A DNA stretch of 64,000 nucleotides. It comes from Candidatus Hydrogenedentota bacterium. Its GTDB lineage: Bacteria; Hydrogenedentota; Hydrogenedentia; Hydrogenedentales; SLHB01. Below the pieces are notes generated by a model that worked only from the letters and a program-made list of their open reading frames with translations, searched no databases and had not been told where the DNA came from. Shown here in pieces: positions 49,368 through 60,034 of the stretch. The DNA lies in the NCBI GenBank assembly GCA_963668025.2, contig CAXXTH010000013.1, positions 23,038 through 87,037 on the forward strand. Direction: 5' to 3'. Numbering within the stretch: the first letter of the stretch is position 1; each line of letters begins with the position of its first letter. Both the position numbers and the translations under genes were made by a program.

Positions 49368-51467
49368 ATGAATACTTGGTTAACCCAGCGGGGCAGGATT
49401 TATTGGTATGATCAATACGCCCTCAATGATCAGGCAACAGCGTTTTCAGAATATGATCCCGAACGCATTTCTACGGAACTCGTCGATACAAAAGCAGATA
49501 TAGTCGCAGTTTATGCCGCCAATCAGTTTAGTATCGCTTATTATCCCAGCAACATATGGCCGCAGCATCCGAATCTGAATGGGCGGGATTATTTTGGAGA
49601 AGTAAGCGAACGGTTAAAAGCACGCGGGAAAAAAATCATTGCCTATATCAATTGGCTGGATTCCAGGCATCTCGATTGGCTGGCCCAGCCTGTCGAAGGC
49701 TCAGTAAACAAGAATGCAAGCGGCTTGAAGCTGGCTAGCTGGGCCAATCCGAATGAGCCGGATACGAAAGTATACCAGGTTACAGACGGGCGCTGGCTTG
49801 TTCCTTGCCTGAATGCGCCGCGTCGAGATGAAGTGCTGGCCGTGGCGAAAGAGATCTGCGAACGCTATACGCCAGATGCTTTTCATCTTGACATGTTTGG
49901 AGTAGGTACAGGCGGCGTGTGCGCATGTCCTCGTTGCCGTCCGGTTCTCAAATCAATTTGTGGCACAAGTGAATTATCATCCGCTATCATAAAAATGAAT
50001 TGGAAAGCATTCATCGATTGGCGTATGGAATGCAGCTCTTCGTTGATTAAGGCGCTTACGCAAGTATTGCATCAATACGGAGTGGTGGCGCTTCATAATG
50101 GATTTGCCCCAGTCCACCTACCTGCTATTGATGGAGTTGGCGAGGAATGGCTAGAGGGGCTGGATGTTTTTCTTTCGGAATGCTTTGATGCGTTTCTTTC
50201 ACCTCATACGGATTTGAATTCGACAAGCCTGAATATCCGCTGGCAGCACGCAACTGGAAAGCCCTCCTGGATTTTACGTACTTCAACCCCTTCACATCAT
50301 GGGCATTGGCCCATTTCCAAAACGGAATGGAGCCTCTATGCTTCCGCTGCTAAAGCGAACGGCTGCCATGTCTTTGGCCCCTGCGGCGTTGGGGCCTATC
50401 CAGACACTACAACGGCGGCATCTTTATTGGAGAACGTTAAATATGGATTTGAATGCTTCATGGAAGATTCGGATTTGGCGGAAGGAGCCAGATCCGCCGC
50501 TACCGTTGCGCTGGTGTTCTCATGGGCTACCCGGAAATATGAAAGCCATGGGGATTGCCTTTCATGGGCAAGAGAACTCGCCGGATGGTCCCGCTTGCTG
50601 ATGGAATCGCATGTGCCATTTGATGTAGTGATTGCGGAAAATGTTCATAACGCGGATAGCCTGGCTGCATATAAGTTAGTCATTTTGCCGGAAATAGTTC
50701 ATGCCAATGAAAGTTTTTGCAGTGCTGTACGCGAATATGCCCGGCTGGGCGGCCACATTTTGGCAACAGGTGCTTGCGCTATATGGAATGAAAAAAACGC
50801 TATTTGTAACGATTATCAATTGGCGGATGTTTTAGGAGTAAGCTGGCGCGGCTTCGCCGATGAAGCGTTTGCAGTGGAGCTTCCTGCCGGAGCAGCGCCA
50901 ATAAAATCTCGTTTTGAACAGGTGGAAGCGTCTGGAGACGTTTTGACGCGCCAAATAGCGGTAGATCCCGATGGTTCTGTTTTCGGCGGATTAGATCCCT
51001 TGCCCATGCATCCCACGGTATGGCCGGCGGCCACGCGGAAGTCCTTCGGAAAAGGGCTGAGTTTTTATGTGGCATTTCCCATAGGCAGCGTGTACGAAGA
51101 ATATGGCGAGTCTTATATAGCCCAATGGATGGAAGAGTTGGTTCGATTGGCGTTGCCTGAGCGCCCCTTCGAAGCAATGGGGCCAAGGACAGTTGAAACG
51201 ACGCTTTGGCGGCAAGAGCAACTGGGACGGACGATAATCCATTTGGCTAACCGTTCTGTGGCTTGGTCCCTGCCTACGGATGCGCGCAGAATTACGGAAA
51301 TCATTCCGGTGCATGATTTCATTCTACGGATTCCCACGCCGTGCAGCAATCCTCGAGTAGAATGCCGAGGAGCAGAAATCACTCATCATATCGAGGCAAA
51401 CATACTAGTGGTTACGGTGAAAAAGCTTGATGCATATGCTGCGGTAATAGTAGAAGAAACTTCATAA
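49368..51467 (+). CDS. GHL6-like putative glycoside hydrolase with a beta-galactosidase trimerisation domain
   Basis: AYYPS..HPNL.GRDYFGE, FHLDMF, CACPRC and YKLVILP..GGHILATG motifs. Paralogue of 57908-59977. Confidence 0.72.
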   Translation: MNTWLTQRGRIYWYDQYALNDQATAFSEYDPERISTELVDTKADIVAVYAANQFSIAYYPSNIWPQHPNLNGRDYFGEVSERLKARGKKIIAYINWLDSRHLDWLAQPVEGSVNKNASGLKLASWANPNEPDTKVYQVTDGRWLVPCLNAPRRDEVLAVAKEICERYTPDAFHLDMFGVGTGGVCACPRCRPVLKSICGTSELSSAIIKMNWKAFIDWRMECSSSLIKALTQVLHQYGVVALHNGFAPVHLPAIDGVGEEWLEGLDVFLSECFDAFLSPHTDLNSTSLNIRWQHATGKPSWILRTSTPSHHGHWPISKTEWSLYASAAKANGCHVFGPCGVGAYPDTTTAASLLENVKYGFECFMEDSDLAEGARSAATVALVFSWATRKYESHGDCLSWARELAGWSRLLMESHVPFDVVIAENVHNADSLAAYKLVILPEIVHANESFCSAVREYARLGGHILATGACAIWNEKNAICNDYQLADVLGVSWRGFADEAFAVELPAGAAPIKSRFEQVEASGDVLTRQIAVDPDGSVFGGLDPLPMHPTVWPAATRKSFGKGLSFYVAFPIGSVYEEYGESYIAQWMEELVRLALPERPFEAMGPRTVETTLWRQEQLGRTIIHLANRSVAWSLPTDARRITEIIPVHDFILRIPTPCSNPRVECRGAEITHHIEANILVVTVKKLDAYAAVIVEETS

Positions 51468-51528
51468 CAAAAACAACGTACTCTATTTTACTGAAATAAT
51501 CGAATCTGCGTGATCTGGAGGCGAATTC

Positions 51529-54426
51529 ATGAAATGCCTGTTTCTATCCGGCTCCTCGCATTGCTTAGTATGGCTAGTTTTCTTCTCCTTAACGGCTACC
51601 GCGAGTGAAATTCCCGCTTCTGACAGTGCATCTTTCCAAACTAAGTACATGAAGTGGGCCATTGGAACAAATGGGAAAAACATTTCGCTAATAGACAAAT
51701 CTAGTGGGCGGGATTTTATAGATAAGAATGAGCCGGGAGCATTCGCGGAAGTTGTTATAAATAGTAAAACGTATCCCGCCACGGCTCTTCAATTCCACGG
51801 ACAAAAGATAGAAGCTAGTTTTGGGAGCCTGGATGTATCGGCTGTATTTCAGGTGGAAGAAAAGGGCGATTATCTGACAATTGAGACAATAGATTTTAAA
51901 GGGAGTGTGGTGGAGGAATTGCATTTTCCTAATATCTCCCTAACTCTTACAGGAAAGATGGATGAACCTTTTGGATGTTGTCTTCTCTCATTAAATCTCC
52001 AGACGGACGTGCAAGAACTTCCTGGTCCAAGCAGATATCTCAACGCTATAGCATATAATTCATTAGGCTTTACCGGAACCAAGGTGGCAATGGCATCCTG
52101 TCCCCAGACGCAATTGCGAACTCTGATTCAAGAGATTGTGCTTGCTTCGGACGAGCTGCCTCATTCTCCATTGGGCGGGCCATGGGCGAAGGATGCCCCG
52201 ATTAATTATGGTTCCTACTTAATTGATACGGGGACCATTAGCCTGAGCAATGTCGATGAATGGGTGCAGTTGTCTAAAAGTCTTGGCTTCGAGCAGATTG
52301 ATTTCCATACGGGACAAAACCTTCGCTTTGGCGACTTAGCGCCAAATCCTAAAATGTATCCAAATGGCCTCGCCGATGTGAAGACGGTTATTGATCGGCT
52401 TCATGCGGCTGGCATCAAAGCGGGACTGCATACCTATGCCCAATTTATAAATAAAGATACGCCTTGGGTGACGCCTATACCTGATCCTGGTTTGGCAAAA
52501 AAAGCGGCTTTCACTCTGGCTCAGGCGTTGCCTGCTGAAAGTACGGAAGTATATGTGGAAGAGTCTACGGAGAATGTATCTGTTATCACGGGATTTCAAG
52601 TGCGAAATAGCGTCACGCTGCAAATCGATAATGAGCTTATCGTTTTTTCTGATGTCTCTAAAACACCTCCATATGCTTTCAACAAATGCGAACGGGGCGC
52701 GTGCGGCACTTCACCAGTTTCTCATGCAGCCGGAACTCCTGTTTATCAGCTTGCGGAGGTCTTTGGATTATTTGTTCCTGACGGCGATTCGGAACTGGCG
52801 GTGAAAGTGGCTGAACGAACTGCCGAAGTATATAACAAGTGCGGTTTTGACATGATCTATCTCGATGCACTTGATGGGTCAGACGCAGTAACAAAAGATC
52901 ACCGAGTGATTTGGCATTATTCCGCGAAATTTGCATTTGATATATGGAAGAGGCTGGAGCGGCCCGCCCTCATGGAAATGAGTGCAATGACTCACCATTT
53001 ATGGTATCTGCGCTCTCGTGCTAACGCCGGCGATATGGCCGCGCGGGGGTATAAGCCCTTTATAGACTGGCACACATTGTGGAATGAAGAGGCCGCAAAA
53101 TCGATGCTGCCTCAGCAACTAGGGTGGTGGGGTGCGTATACATGGAATGGAATACAGCCCGAGCGCTCGTTTCCCGATGATTTTGAATATTTGTTATGCA
53201 AATCATTGGCAAATGATAACGGTCTTTCCATGCTGGCGGGCTTCAACACGGATTTGATCCAAACCTCCTACAATTCACAGCGATTGGCTGCATTGATCAA
53301 GCGTTATGAGACGATCCGGCGTACTTCAGAACTCCCTGAAAAACTTCGCGAAGCATTGTCCGTGCGTGGCGCAGAGTACACCCTTGAAGAATGCGGAGCG
53401 GGCGAACTTCAGTTCAGGCCCATCACTTACTCAAAACATAAAATCACAGGGATGGATAGCGCCAGTGATCAATGGACCGAAAAAAATCCGTATGGAAAGC
53501 AAAATCCGCGCATACGCATCGAAGCGCTCTTAGGGCTTGAAGCGTATGACACGCCGGGCTGTGTAGTGCTGGAGGATTTTTCTTCACCGGAAAGTTTCAC
53601 CCGCAAGGAATCACGGGAAGGGGTGGCCTCTACTTTTTCCATCAATGAAAGGCAATGTGATTTTGCAGTGAGCAATTTATCCGCCGAAACGGATGGCGCC
53701 TGGGCGGTGGTTGGCAAAACATTTGCCGCACCCATAAATATGAACAACATGGCGCTGGGCCTTTGGGTGCAAGGAGACGGAAAAGGGCAAGTCCTCAATA
53801 TCCAATTGGCCAATGAAGGATTAGGGTATCTATCAAAAAGTGATCATTACATTAAGGCAGATTTCATTGGCTGGAAGTATATCGAGCTTGTGGAACCAGA
53901 ATCCGACCATATAGCGGATTATGACTGGCCGTATTGCAGGCGGAGAAGCGATTGGGAAACCAAAGGTTTTTCCATGATGGATGCGTATACCAATTATCAT
54001 TTCCATGTGTACTATAACAAAATCGCTTCCATGCATATTTGGATGAATAATGTCCCGCAAAATGAAACGGCCAAGTGCTCTATCGGCCCCATTGAAGCAA
54101 TCCCCACACGAAAAATCATGTTAAAAAAACCTTCCATTACTATTGGAGGCAAAAAGCTTCTTTTCGATACCGAATTAGAGAGCGGCTGCTACATCGAGTT
54201 TGTTTCGATGAAAGACTGCAAAGTGTATGGGCCTGAGGGAGAGATTATAAAGGAGCTTACTCCCCAGGGAGACGAACTCACCATACTTCCAGGAGAGAAT
54301 AGTGTCCAATTTGACGCTGAAGCAGAGGGGACATATTCCGCACGCGCTCAGGTCACACTCATTACATTGGATAAGCCAATCCCATTGAAGCTGAAAACAA
54401 GAGTTTCTTCTGTATCCAATCCGTGA
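51529..54426 (+). CDS. Large secreted putative glycoside hydrolase (uncharacterised), paralogue of 35097-38138
   Basis: Signal peptide (SLTATA-S); LHAAGIKAGLHTY, IYLDALDG, GLWVQGDGKG and ELESGCYIEF blocks shared with 35097-38138. Confidence 0.6.
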   Translation: MKCLFLSGSSHCLVWLVFFSLTATASEIPASDSASFQTKYMKWAIGTNGKNISLIDKSSGRDFIDKNEPGAFAEVVINSKTYPATALQFHGQKIEASFGSLDVSAVFQVEEKGDYLTIETIDFKGSVVEELHFPNISLTLTGKMDEPFGCCLLSLNLQTDVQELPGPSRYLNAIAYNSLGFTGTKVAMASCPQTQLRTLIQEIVLASDELPHSPLGGPWAKDAPINYGSYLIDTGTISLSNVDEWVQLSKSLGFEQIDFHTGQNLRFGDLAPNPKMYPNGLADVKTVIDRLHAAGIKAGLHTYAQFINKDTPWVTPIPDPGLAKKAAFTLAQALPAESTEVYVEESTENVSVITGFQVRNSVTLQIDNELIVFSDVSKTPPYAFNKCERGACGTSPVSHAAGTPVYQLAEVFGLFVPDGDSELAVKVAERTAEVYNKCGFDMIYLDALDGSDAVTKDHRVIWHYSAKFAFDIWKRLERPALMEMSAMTHHLWYLRSRANAGDMAARGYKPFIDWHTLWNEEAAKSMLPQQLGWWGAYTWNGIQPERSFPDDFEYLLCKSLANDNGLSMLAGFNTDLIQTSYNSQRLAALIKRYETIRRTSELPEKLREALSVRGAEYTLEECGAGELQFRPITYSKHKITGMDSASDQWTEKNPYGKQNPRIRIEALLGLEAYDTPGCVVLEDFSSPESFTRKESREGVASTFSINERQCDFAVSNLSAETDGAWAVVGKTFAAPINMNNMALGLWVQGDGKGQVLNIQLANEGLGYLSKSDHYIKADFIGWKYIELVEPESDHIADYDWPYCRRRSDWETKGFSMMDAYTNYHFHVYYNKIASMHIWMNNVPQNETAKCSIGPIEAIPTRKIMLKKPSITIGGKKLLFDTELESGCYIEFVSMKDCKVYGPEGEIIKELTPQGDELTILPGENSVQFDAEAEGTYSARAQVTLITLDKPIPLKLKTRVSSVSNP

Positions 54427-54457
54427 AACTATTAATAAGGTCTAAGGAAACTACTAA

Positions 54458-56944
54458 ATGTATGTTGCGTGTAATTATGTAAAAAGCAAGCCACGAGTGG
54501 CGGAATGGATTGCCGTGGCAGCGCTGGCAATCTTACTGCTGTTCTCACCCAGCATGGCCGCTTTTAGTGAAGATGTTGAGCTGGTGATGTATGCGGCGGG
54601 ATACACGCCGGAAATAACATCCGGCGATAATCCCCAGCCATTGCATGCATTCACGGAAATCGCAAAAGAATGGGAAGCGTTGCATCCTGGTGTGCGTATA
54701 CGATTTCTTAAGCTTCCGATGGGCAACTACCTTACGTGGATGATCACGCAACTGAAAGGTGGTATGGCTCCGGATATCATGTGGGTGGAAGGCAATTGGT
54801 GCATTGAAAACTCGGAAAACAACTGGTTTATAAAGCTCAATGATTATCTGGAAAAACCAAATCCATATGTTCCTGGCAATACGCGATGGATGTCTCTGTT
54901 TTACGAATACTGGGTGCAATCGAAAGCGGCTCCCGATGGCAGCATGTATGTGCTCCCTGTTGATCTAAATGAGACCGCTATGTTCTACAACAAAGATATT
55001 TTCGAGAAAGTTGGCGTAACTCCACCGGAAACCTGGGCGGAACTGATTGCGATTTCACAAAAGATAAAAGATGCAGGATATATCCCTTTTACTATTGCTG
55101 CAGATCAGTATGGCCCACTTTCATGGGCAAAATGGGTGTTTCATGATCAGCTTTGGCGGGATAAGTATGACGCCATGAATGTCGCTCCAAATGGGCTTCC
55201 CAAGATTGATGATCAGGAGATGTTTCGCGCATATAAGAAAGGATTGTGGACGCCAAATGACCCGCGTTTTCGTGAAATGCTCCGGCTATTAAAGGAGTGG
55301 ACCGAGTATTGGAATAAAGACGCTTTGGCGGGCTCCACGGAAAACACGGAGCGGCTTTTCCGAACCGGGCATTCAGCCATGTTCTATAATGGCGGATGGT
55401 ATATGCCTAAACTATTGCGAGATCCTCTACGTTCATTTGAGCTGGGAGTATTCAACGTGCCCGGCTTGACGAAAGCTTCGAGTCCATATGGGTTGGAGCA
55501 TGCCGAAGTGGCGCCGGGTGTTGGAGGTGCGGGAGCGACGCAATATGCTATCACTACCGATGCGGCGCGGAGGGGGCACCTCGAATTAGCCGTGGATTTC
55601 TTGCAGTTTTTTACAGCTCCGAAGCGTTTGGAGAAAGTTATAGCGGAGGCCAAAATCACGGTCCCAAACTCTCCAAATATGGCCATTGAACCCATACTAC
55701 AGCCATTCGCGGAAGCTTTAAAAGTTAAGCGCTGCTGGAACATGGGCGTGTTCAATTCTAAGGAATATGGCGAAGTAGAATTCCGTATCATGCAAAGCTA
55801 CTTTGGAGGCGTTTACTCTCTAGATGAAGCGGTCGCGCGTATAAACAAGGCATTAAGTAAAGGGATGGATGATCTCATTGCGCATAATCCGCAATGGAGC
55901 TTTGATGCAAATTGGGATATATTGCCGGATAAAACGGTGTTAGTGGCTCCGCCTTCCGCGGATGCCGCTTACCGGGTATATATTCCTTGGCTGCTTCCTG
56001 TAGTGGTTATAATCATGGTATTGCTTGCCGCTGCCCGGGGAGGAGCGGAAGGCTGGCGGTTGTTATGGCGAAAGAAGGGCGTTTATCTTTTTATTGCACC
56101 TTCTCTGTCATTTATCATGATCTTTTCGTATTATCCTATTGTTTCTGCTTTCCTATATTCCTTTTACGACGTGAAAGGGAGCGGCGCTTCAAAGTGGATA
56201 GGCATTAAAAACTTTATAGAATTAGCGCAAGACAAAGTATTGATGGAATCCACGTACAATCTGTTAAAACTTCTCATTGTCGGAATGTTTTTATCTATAG
56301 CAGCTCCATTTCTGGCCGCTGAATTGATCTTCAACCTTAAGAATAAGCGGGCGCAATACATATATCGTATTTTATTCGTGGTGCCCATGGTCGTGCCAGG
56401 AATTGTGCTACTGCTCATATGGCAATTTGTTTTTGACTACAATGTGGGCCTGTTCAATCAACTGCTTCGCGCAGTGGGAATGGAGGGCTGGGTGCAAGCA
56501 TGGCTTGCCGATCCGAATATCGCACTCTATTCGTTCATGCTCATTGGGTTTCCCTGGGTAGGCGGTTTTGCCTTGCTCATTTTGACAGCAGGCCTGCAAA
56601 GCATCCCATTGGATGTATTGGACGCTTGTCGCCTGGATGGCGCTACGGGATTGAAGCGCATACTGAATATTGATATTCCGCTACTGGTATCACAAATTCG
56701 GATTCTCGTTGTTTTGGGGATCATTGGCGGAATACAGGGCTTCCAGGCGCAATTGCTATTGACGCAAGGCGGACCGGGCTACAGCACGACCGTTCCCGGC
56801 CTTGTGCTGTATCAGAACTCGATGTTGTACGACAGGATGGGTTATGCCTGCGCCATCGGAGTGGCCTTATTCGTGGTGATTCTCATTCTTACTTATATCA
56901 ACATGAAGTTTTTACATTCCAGTACAGAATATGGAATGGATTAA
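54458..56944 (+). CDS. Fused sugar ABC solute-binding protein plus permease
   Basis: SBP_bac_1-like N-terminal part (APDI, FYNKDIFEKVG..PETW), then MalF-like TMs with an EAA-loop variant (GLQSIP.DVLDACRLDGA) in one 828-aa ORF. Confidence 0.9.
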   Translation: MYVACNYVKSKPRVAEWIAVAALAILLLFSPSMAAFSEDVELVMYAAGYTPEITSGDNPQPLHAFTEIAKEWEALHPGVRIRFLKLPMGNYLTWMITQLKGGMAPDIMWVEGNWCIENSENNWFIKLNDYLEKPNPYVPGNTRWMSLFYEYWVQSKAAPDGSMYVLPVDLNETAMFYNKDIFEKVGVTPPETWAELIAISQKIKDAGYIPFTIAADQYGPLSWAKWVFHDQLWRDKYDAMNVAPNGLPKIDDQEMFRAYKKGLWTPNDPRFREMLRLLKEWTEYWNKDALAGSTENTERLFRTGHSAMFYNGGWYMPKLLRDPLRSFELGVFNVPGLTKASSPYGLEHAEVAPGVGGAGATQYAITTDAARRGHLELAVDFLQFFTAPKRLEKVIAEAKITVPNSPNMAIEPILQPFAEALKVKRCWNMGVFNSKEYGEVEFRIMQSYFGGVYSLDEAVARINKALSKGMDDLIAHNPQWSFDANWDILPDKTVLVAPPSADAAYRVYIPWLLPVVVIIMVLLAAARGGAEGWRLLWRKKGVYLFIAPSLSFIMIFSYYPIVSAFLYSFYDVKGSGASKWIGIKNFIELAQDKVLMESTYNLLKLLIVGMFLSIAAPFLAAELIFNLKNKRAQYIYRILFVVPMVVPGIVLLLIWQFVFDYNVGLFNQLLRAVGMEGWVQAWLADPNIALYSFMLIGFPWVGGFALLILTAGLQSIPLDVLDACRLDGATGLKRILNIDIPLLVSQIRILVVLGIIGGIQGFQAQLLLTQGGPGYSTTVPGLVLYQNSMLYDRMGYACAIGVALFVVILILTYINMKFLHSSTEYGMD

Positions 56945-56988
56945 AATAAGCACTGCTGAAGCAGAAGGAATGAATAGGTGATGCACAA

Positions 56989-57852
56989 ATGAAACGTATA
57001 GAAAAAAGCGATGCGCTCATTCAAGTAGTTTTGATCGTATTTACTGTACTGACTTTTTACCCTCTTTTTTTTATGGCCATAACTTCCCTTAAAACTAACG
57101 AACAGTTTATGCACCATTTTTGGGGAATGGCTCATCCTATATGCTGGGATAATTACCCTATTGCCTGGAAGGCCATCCAAGGATATGTCTGGAATAGTTC
57201 CTATATAGCAGTTTTGTCGGTAATTGGAGTTATTGTATTTTCGACGATGAGCGCATATGCGTTTGCCAGGCACAAATTTCCTGGAGCAGGATTGCTATTT
57301 TATAGTTTTATGATTCTGCTTATGGTGCCTGGCGTGCTGACTCTCATTTCATCTTTCATGTGGATGAAGGAACTCCCTTTTCTTGGGGGAAACAATTGGC
57401 TGGGACAAGGCGGCAACGGCTTGCTCAATTCTCAGTTTGCCCTCATTCTTCCTTATATCGCAGGGGGACAAGCGTTCGCTATTTTTGTTCTACGAAGTTT
57501 CATAGCGGAGTTGCCAGAAGATCTCTTTGCCGCTGCGCGGATAGACGGCGCGGGAGAATTGCGTGTTTTGTGGTGGATAGTCGTGCCTCTATCAAAACAG
57601 GTTATTGGCGCTATCGCCATTATGAATCTTATCAGTGTGTGGAACGACTATGTTTGGCCTCTTATTATTATCAGTGACGACTCGAAACGTACGCTGACGA
57701 TAGGATTAGCGTTTTTTCAATCAGAACATATAACTACATATGGACCTCTCATGGCCGGTTATGTGCTGGCGAGCTTGCCTTTGTTAATCCTATTTGGGAT
57801 AGCTGTAAAGTCATTTGTAGAGGGATTGACATCCGGTGCGTTAAAGCTTTAA
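56989..57852 (+). CDS. Carbohydrate ABC transporter permease (MalG-like)
   Basis: AYAFAR, ELPEDLFAAARIDGA, WNDYVWP and GLTSGALK motifs. Confidence 0.95.
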   Translation: MKRIEKSDALIQVVLIVFTVLTFYPLFFMAITSLKTNEQFMHHFWGMAHPICWDNYPIAWKAIQGYVWNSSYIAVLSVIGVIVFSTMSAYAFARHKFPGAGLLFYSFMILLMVPGVLTLISSFMWMKELPFLGGNNWLGQGGNGLLNSQFALILPYIAGGQAFAIFVLRSFIAELPEDLFAAARIDGAGELRVLWWIVVPLSKQVIGAIAIMNLISVWNDYVWPLIIISDDSKRTLTIGLAFFQSEHITTYGPLMAGYVLASLPLLILFGIAVKSFVEGLTSGALKL

Positions 57853-57907
57853 AGATTAAAGTAACCAATTAGTTAAACATAAAAATCTACAAGGAGCATA
57901 GCACGCT

Positions 57908-59977
57908 ATGAATGAAGATACAGGCCGCCAGTCCAAAGCCGTTCGTTCCACTATTTATTGGTATGACCAATATGCCCTCAATGAGCAAGAAACCGCATTT
58001 TTGAAATATGATCCAGGCCGTATCGTAAGTGAATTGGAATCCACGCATGCGGACTATATCGCTGTGTATGCGGCAAACCAATTCAGCGTGGCCTATTATC
58101 CGAGTGCGATATGGCCGCAGCATCCCGCACTGCATGGGAAAGACTATTTCGGTGAACTATGCGAAGGCTTGAAGCGCAAAGGCAAAAAAGTGGTTGCCTA
58201 TATCAACTGGCTTGAATCCCGCCATCCCGAGTGGTATCTCGTTCCATTGACTGAAAACGGCCCAGTCGTTGAGCAAGAATTCCCCTTGGCGCAGTGGGCC
58301 GATCCCAGTGACGCGGATAAGCGTGTGCAAAATGTGCCGGGCGGCAAGTGGAGATTCCCGTGCATTAATACTCCACGTGCGGAACAGATTGTCGCGGTCG
58401 TGAAGGAGATCTGTGAACAGTATCATCCGCACGCCTTCCATCTGGATATGTTTTTTAATGATCAGATTTGCGCTTGTCCATATTGCATGCCCATTTTGAG
58501 GGATATCTGTGGACGGGAACCTGTAACATTGGGGAACGTCCGGGCGCATTGGCGTGAATATATCGACTGGCGCGCTGGGGTGACCACCAAATTGATGGCC
58601 CGCCTCGCAGAAATTCTGCATAATCATGGCGTCCTTGCGGCCCATAATGGGCATTATCCTTTATGGCTGTCCTCCATTTATGGACAGGATGAGGCTTGGC
58701 TGAAATATTTAGATGTATATGTGTCGGAAATTTTTGCCGATTTACATCGTTCCAGCTTGAACATTCGCTGGCATCACGCAGTTGGCCTTCCTTCCTGGGA
58801 ATTACTCACTTCCACCGTGCCGGAGCATTGCCACTTGTCTCTGCCCGAAGCGCGCTGGCGGCTGAGTTCGGCGCTCTGCAAAACAAACGGATGCAATGTA
58901 TTGGGTCCATGCGGCGTGGGCGCATATCCCGATACGACCTCATCGCCACGTTTGCTAGAAACCGTGCGAAAAGGGCTGGATGATTTTATGTCGGATGCGG
59001 ATCTCGCCGAAGGCGCGGAATCCGCCGCAAAAATCGCCCTTGTCTATTCCTGGGCTACTCGAAAGTATTACAAGCAGGGCGGAACTGGCTGGTCTCAAGA
59101 GATTAGCGGCTGGGGGCATCTGCTTATCGAAGAAGGCCTGCCATTCGACATCATTACGGCCGAAAAAATGTTGTCACCAGATTTTCTGTCGCGTTTTGAG
59201 CTCGTAATATTGCCTGACAATATCTATTTGAGTGGGACTGCATGCGACGCTATAGAAGCATATGTATCCAAAGGTGGAAAGATCATCATGACCGGTGAAA
59301 CCTCCTTCGGTGATGAGAAAGGTTTCATGCGCACGCGGATGGCGTTAGCCCAAACGGCAGGCGTGCAATGGGAGAAAAGCCTTGATGGCTATTTTGCCAT
59401 TGGAGCGGGCCAGGAGCCAGAACCGGCCATGGGAGAATTTCAATGCGTGTACGCAAATGGAGAGACACTAGCTGTCCGGGTCGAGACGGATCCTGCGGGG
59501 TCAGTGGCTAACTGGCATGATCCATTGCCTATGCAGGCCAGCGAGTGGCCTGTGGCCGTGCGCACTGCGTGTGGCAAAGGGCAATGCCTGTATGTAGCCT
59601 TTGGCATTGGATGCTATTACCAGCGGTTCCGTCATGAGGGCATAGGCCAGTTCATGGCGCGGCTGGTGGATACAGTGCTGCCGGAACGCCAGCTTGTGTT
59701 GCATGGAGCCCGGATGATTGAAGCGTCCGTATGGCGGCAAGTATCGAATGGGCGATTTATCATCCATCTCGCTAATCGAAGCCAATGCCCGGAGGATATG
59801 GGACGCCTTAATAACGTGGCTCCGATTGCCGGTGTCCAGGTGGAATTTGATGCACCGTTCTCGAATCCAAAGGTGAGCAGCCGTGGCGCGGACGTTCACG
59901 CACAAGTAGATGGAAGCCGAGTAAAATTGACTATACCCGTTATGGATGCTTACGCCGCGATTGTCATTGAACCATAG
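57908..59977 (+). CDS. GHL6-like putative glycoside hydrolase with a trimerisation domain
   Basis: YWYDQYALN, YAANQFS.AYYPS, FHLDMF, CACPYC and GPCGVGAYPDTT blocks shared with 49368-51467. Confidence 0.72.
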   Translation: MNEDTGRQSKAVRSTIYWYDQYALNEQETAFLKYDPGRIVSELESTHADYIAVYAANQFSVAYYPSAIWPQHPALHGKDYFGELCEGLKRKGKKVVAYINWLESRHPEWYLVPLTENGPVVEQEFPLAQWADPSDADKRVQNVPGGKWRFPCINTPRAEQIVAVVKEICEQYHPHAFHLDMFFNDQICACPYCMPILRDICGREPVTLGNVRAHWREYIDWRAGVTTKLMARLAEILHNHGVLAAHNGHYPLWLSSIYGQDEAWLKYLDVYVSEIFADLHRSSLNIRWHHAVGLPSWELLTSTVPEHCHLSLPEARWRLSSALCKTNGCNVLGPCGVGAYPDTTSSPRLLETVRKGLDDFMSDADLAEGAESAAKIALVYSWATRKYYKQGGTGWSQEISGWGHLLIEEGLPFDIITAEKMLSPDFLSRFELVILPDNIYLSGTACDAIEAYVSKGGKIIMTGETSFGDEKGFMRTRMALAQTAGVQWEKSLDGYFAIGAGQEPEPAMGEFQCVYANGETLAVRVETDPAGSVANWHDPLPMQASEWPVAVRTACGKGQCLYVAFGIGCYYQRFRHEGIGQFMARLVDTVLPERQLVLHGARMIEASVWRQVSNGRFIIHLANRSQCPEDMGRLNNVAPIAGVQVEFDAPFSNPKVSSRGADVHAQVDGSRVKLTIPVMDAYAAIVIEP

Positions 59978-60034
59978 TATCTGTCCAGCAGCAGCGCATA
60001 TATTTTATAGCGCATTAAACATAAGGACGCCGGT

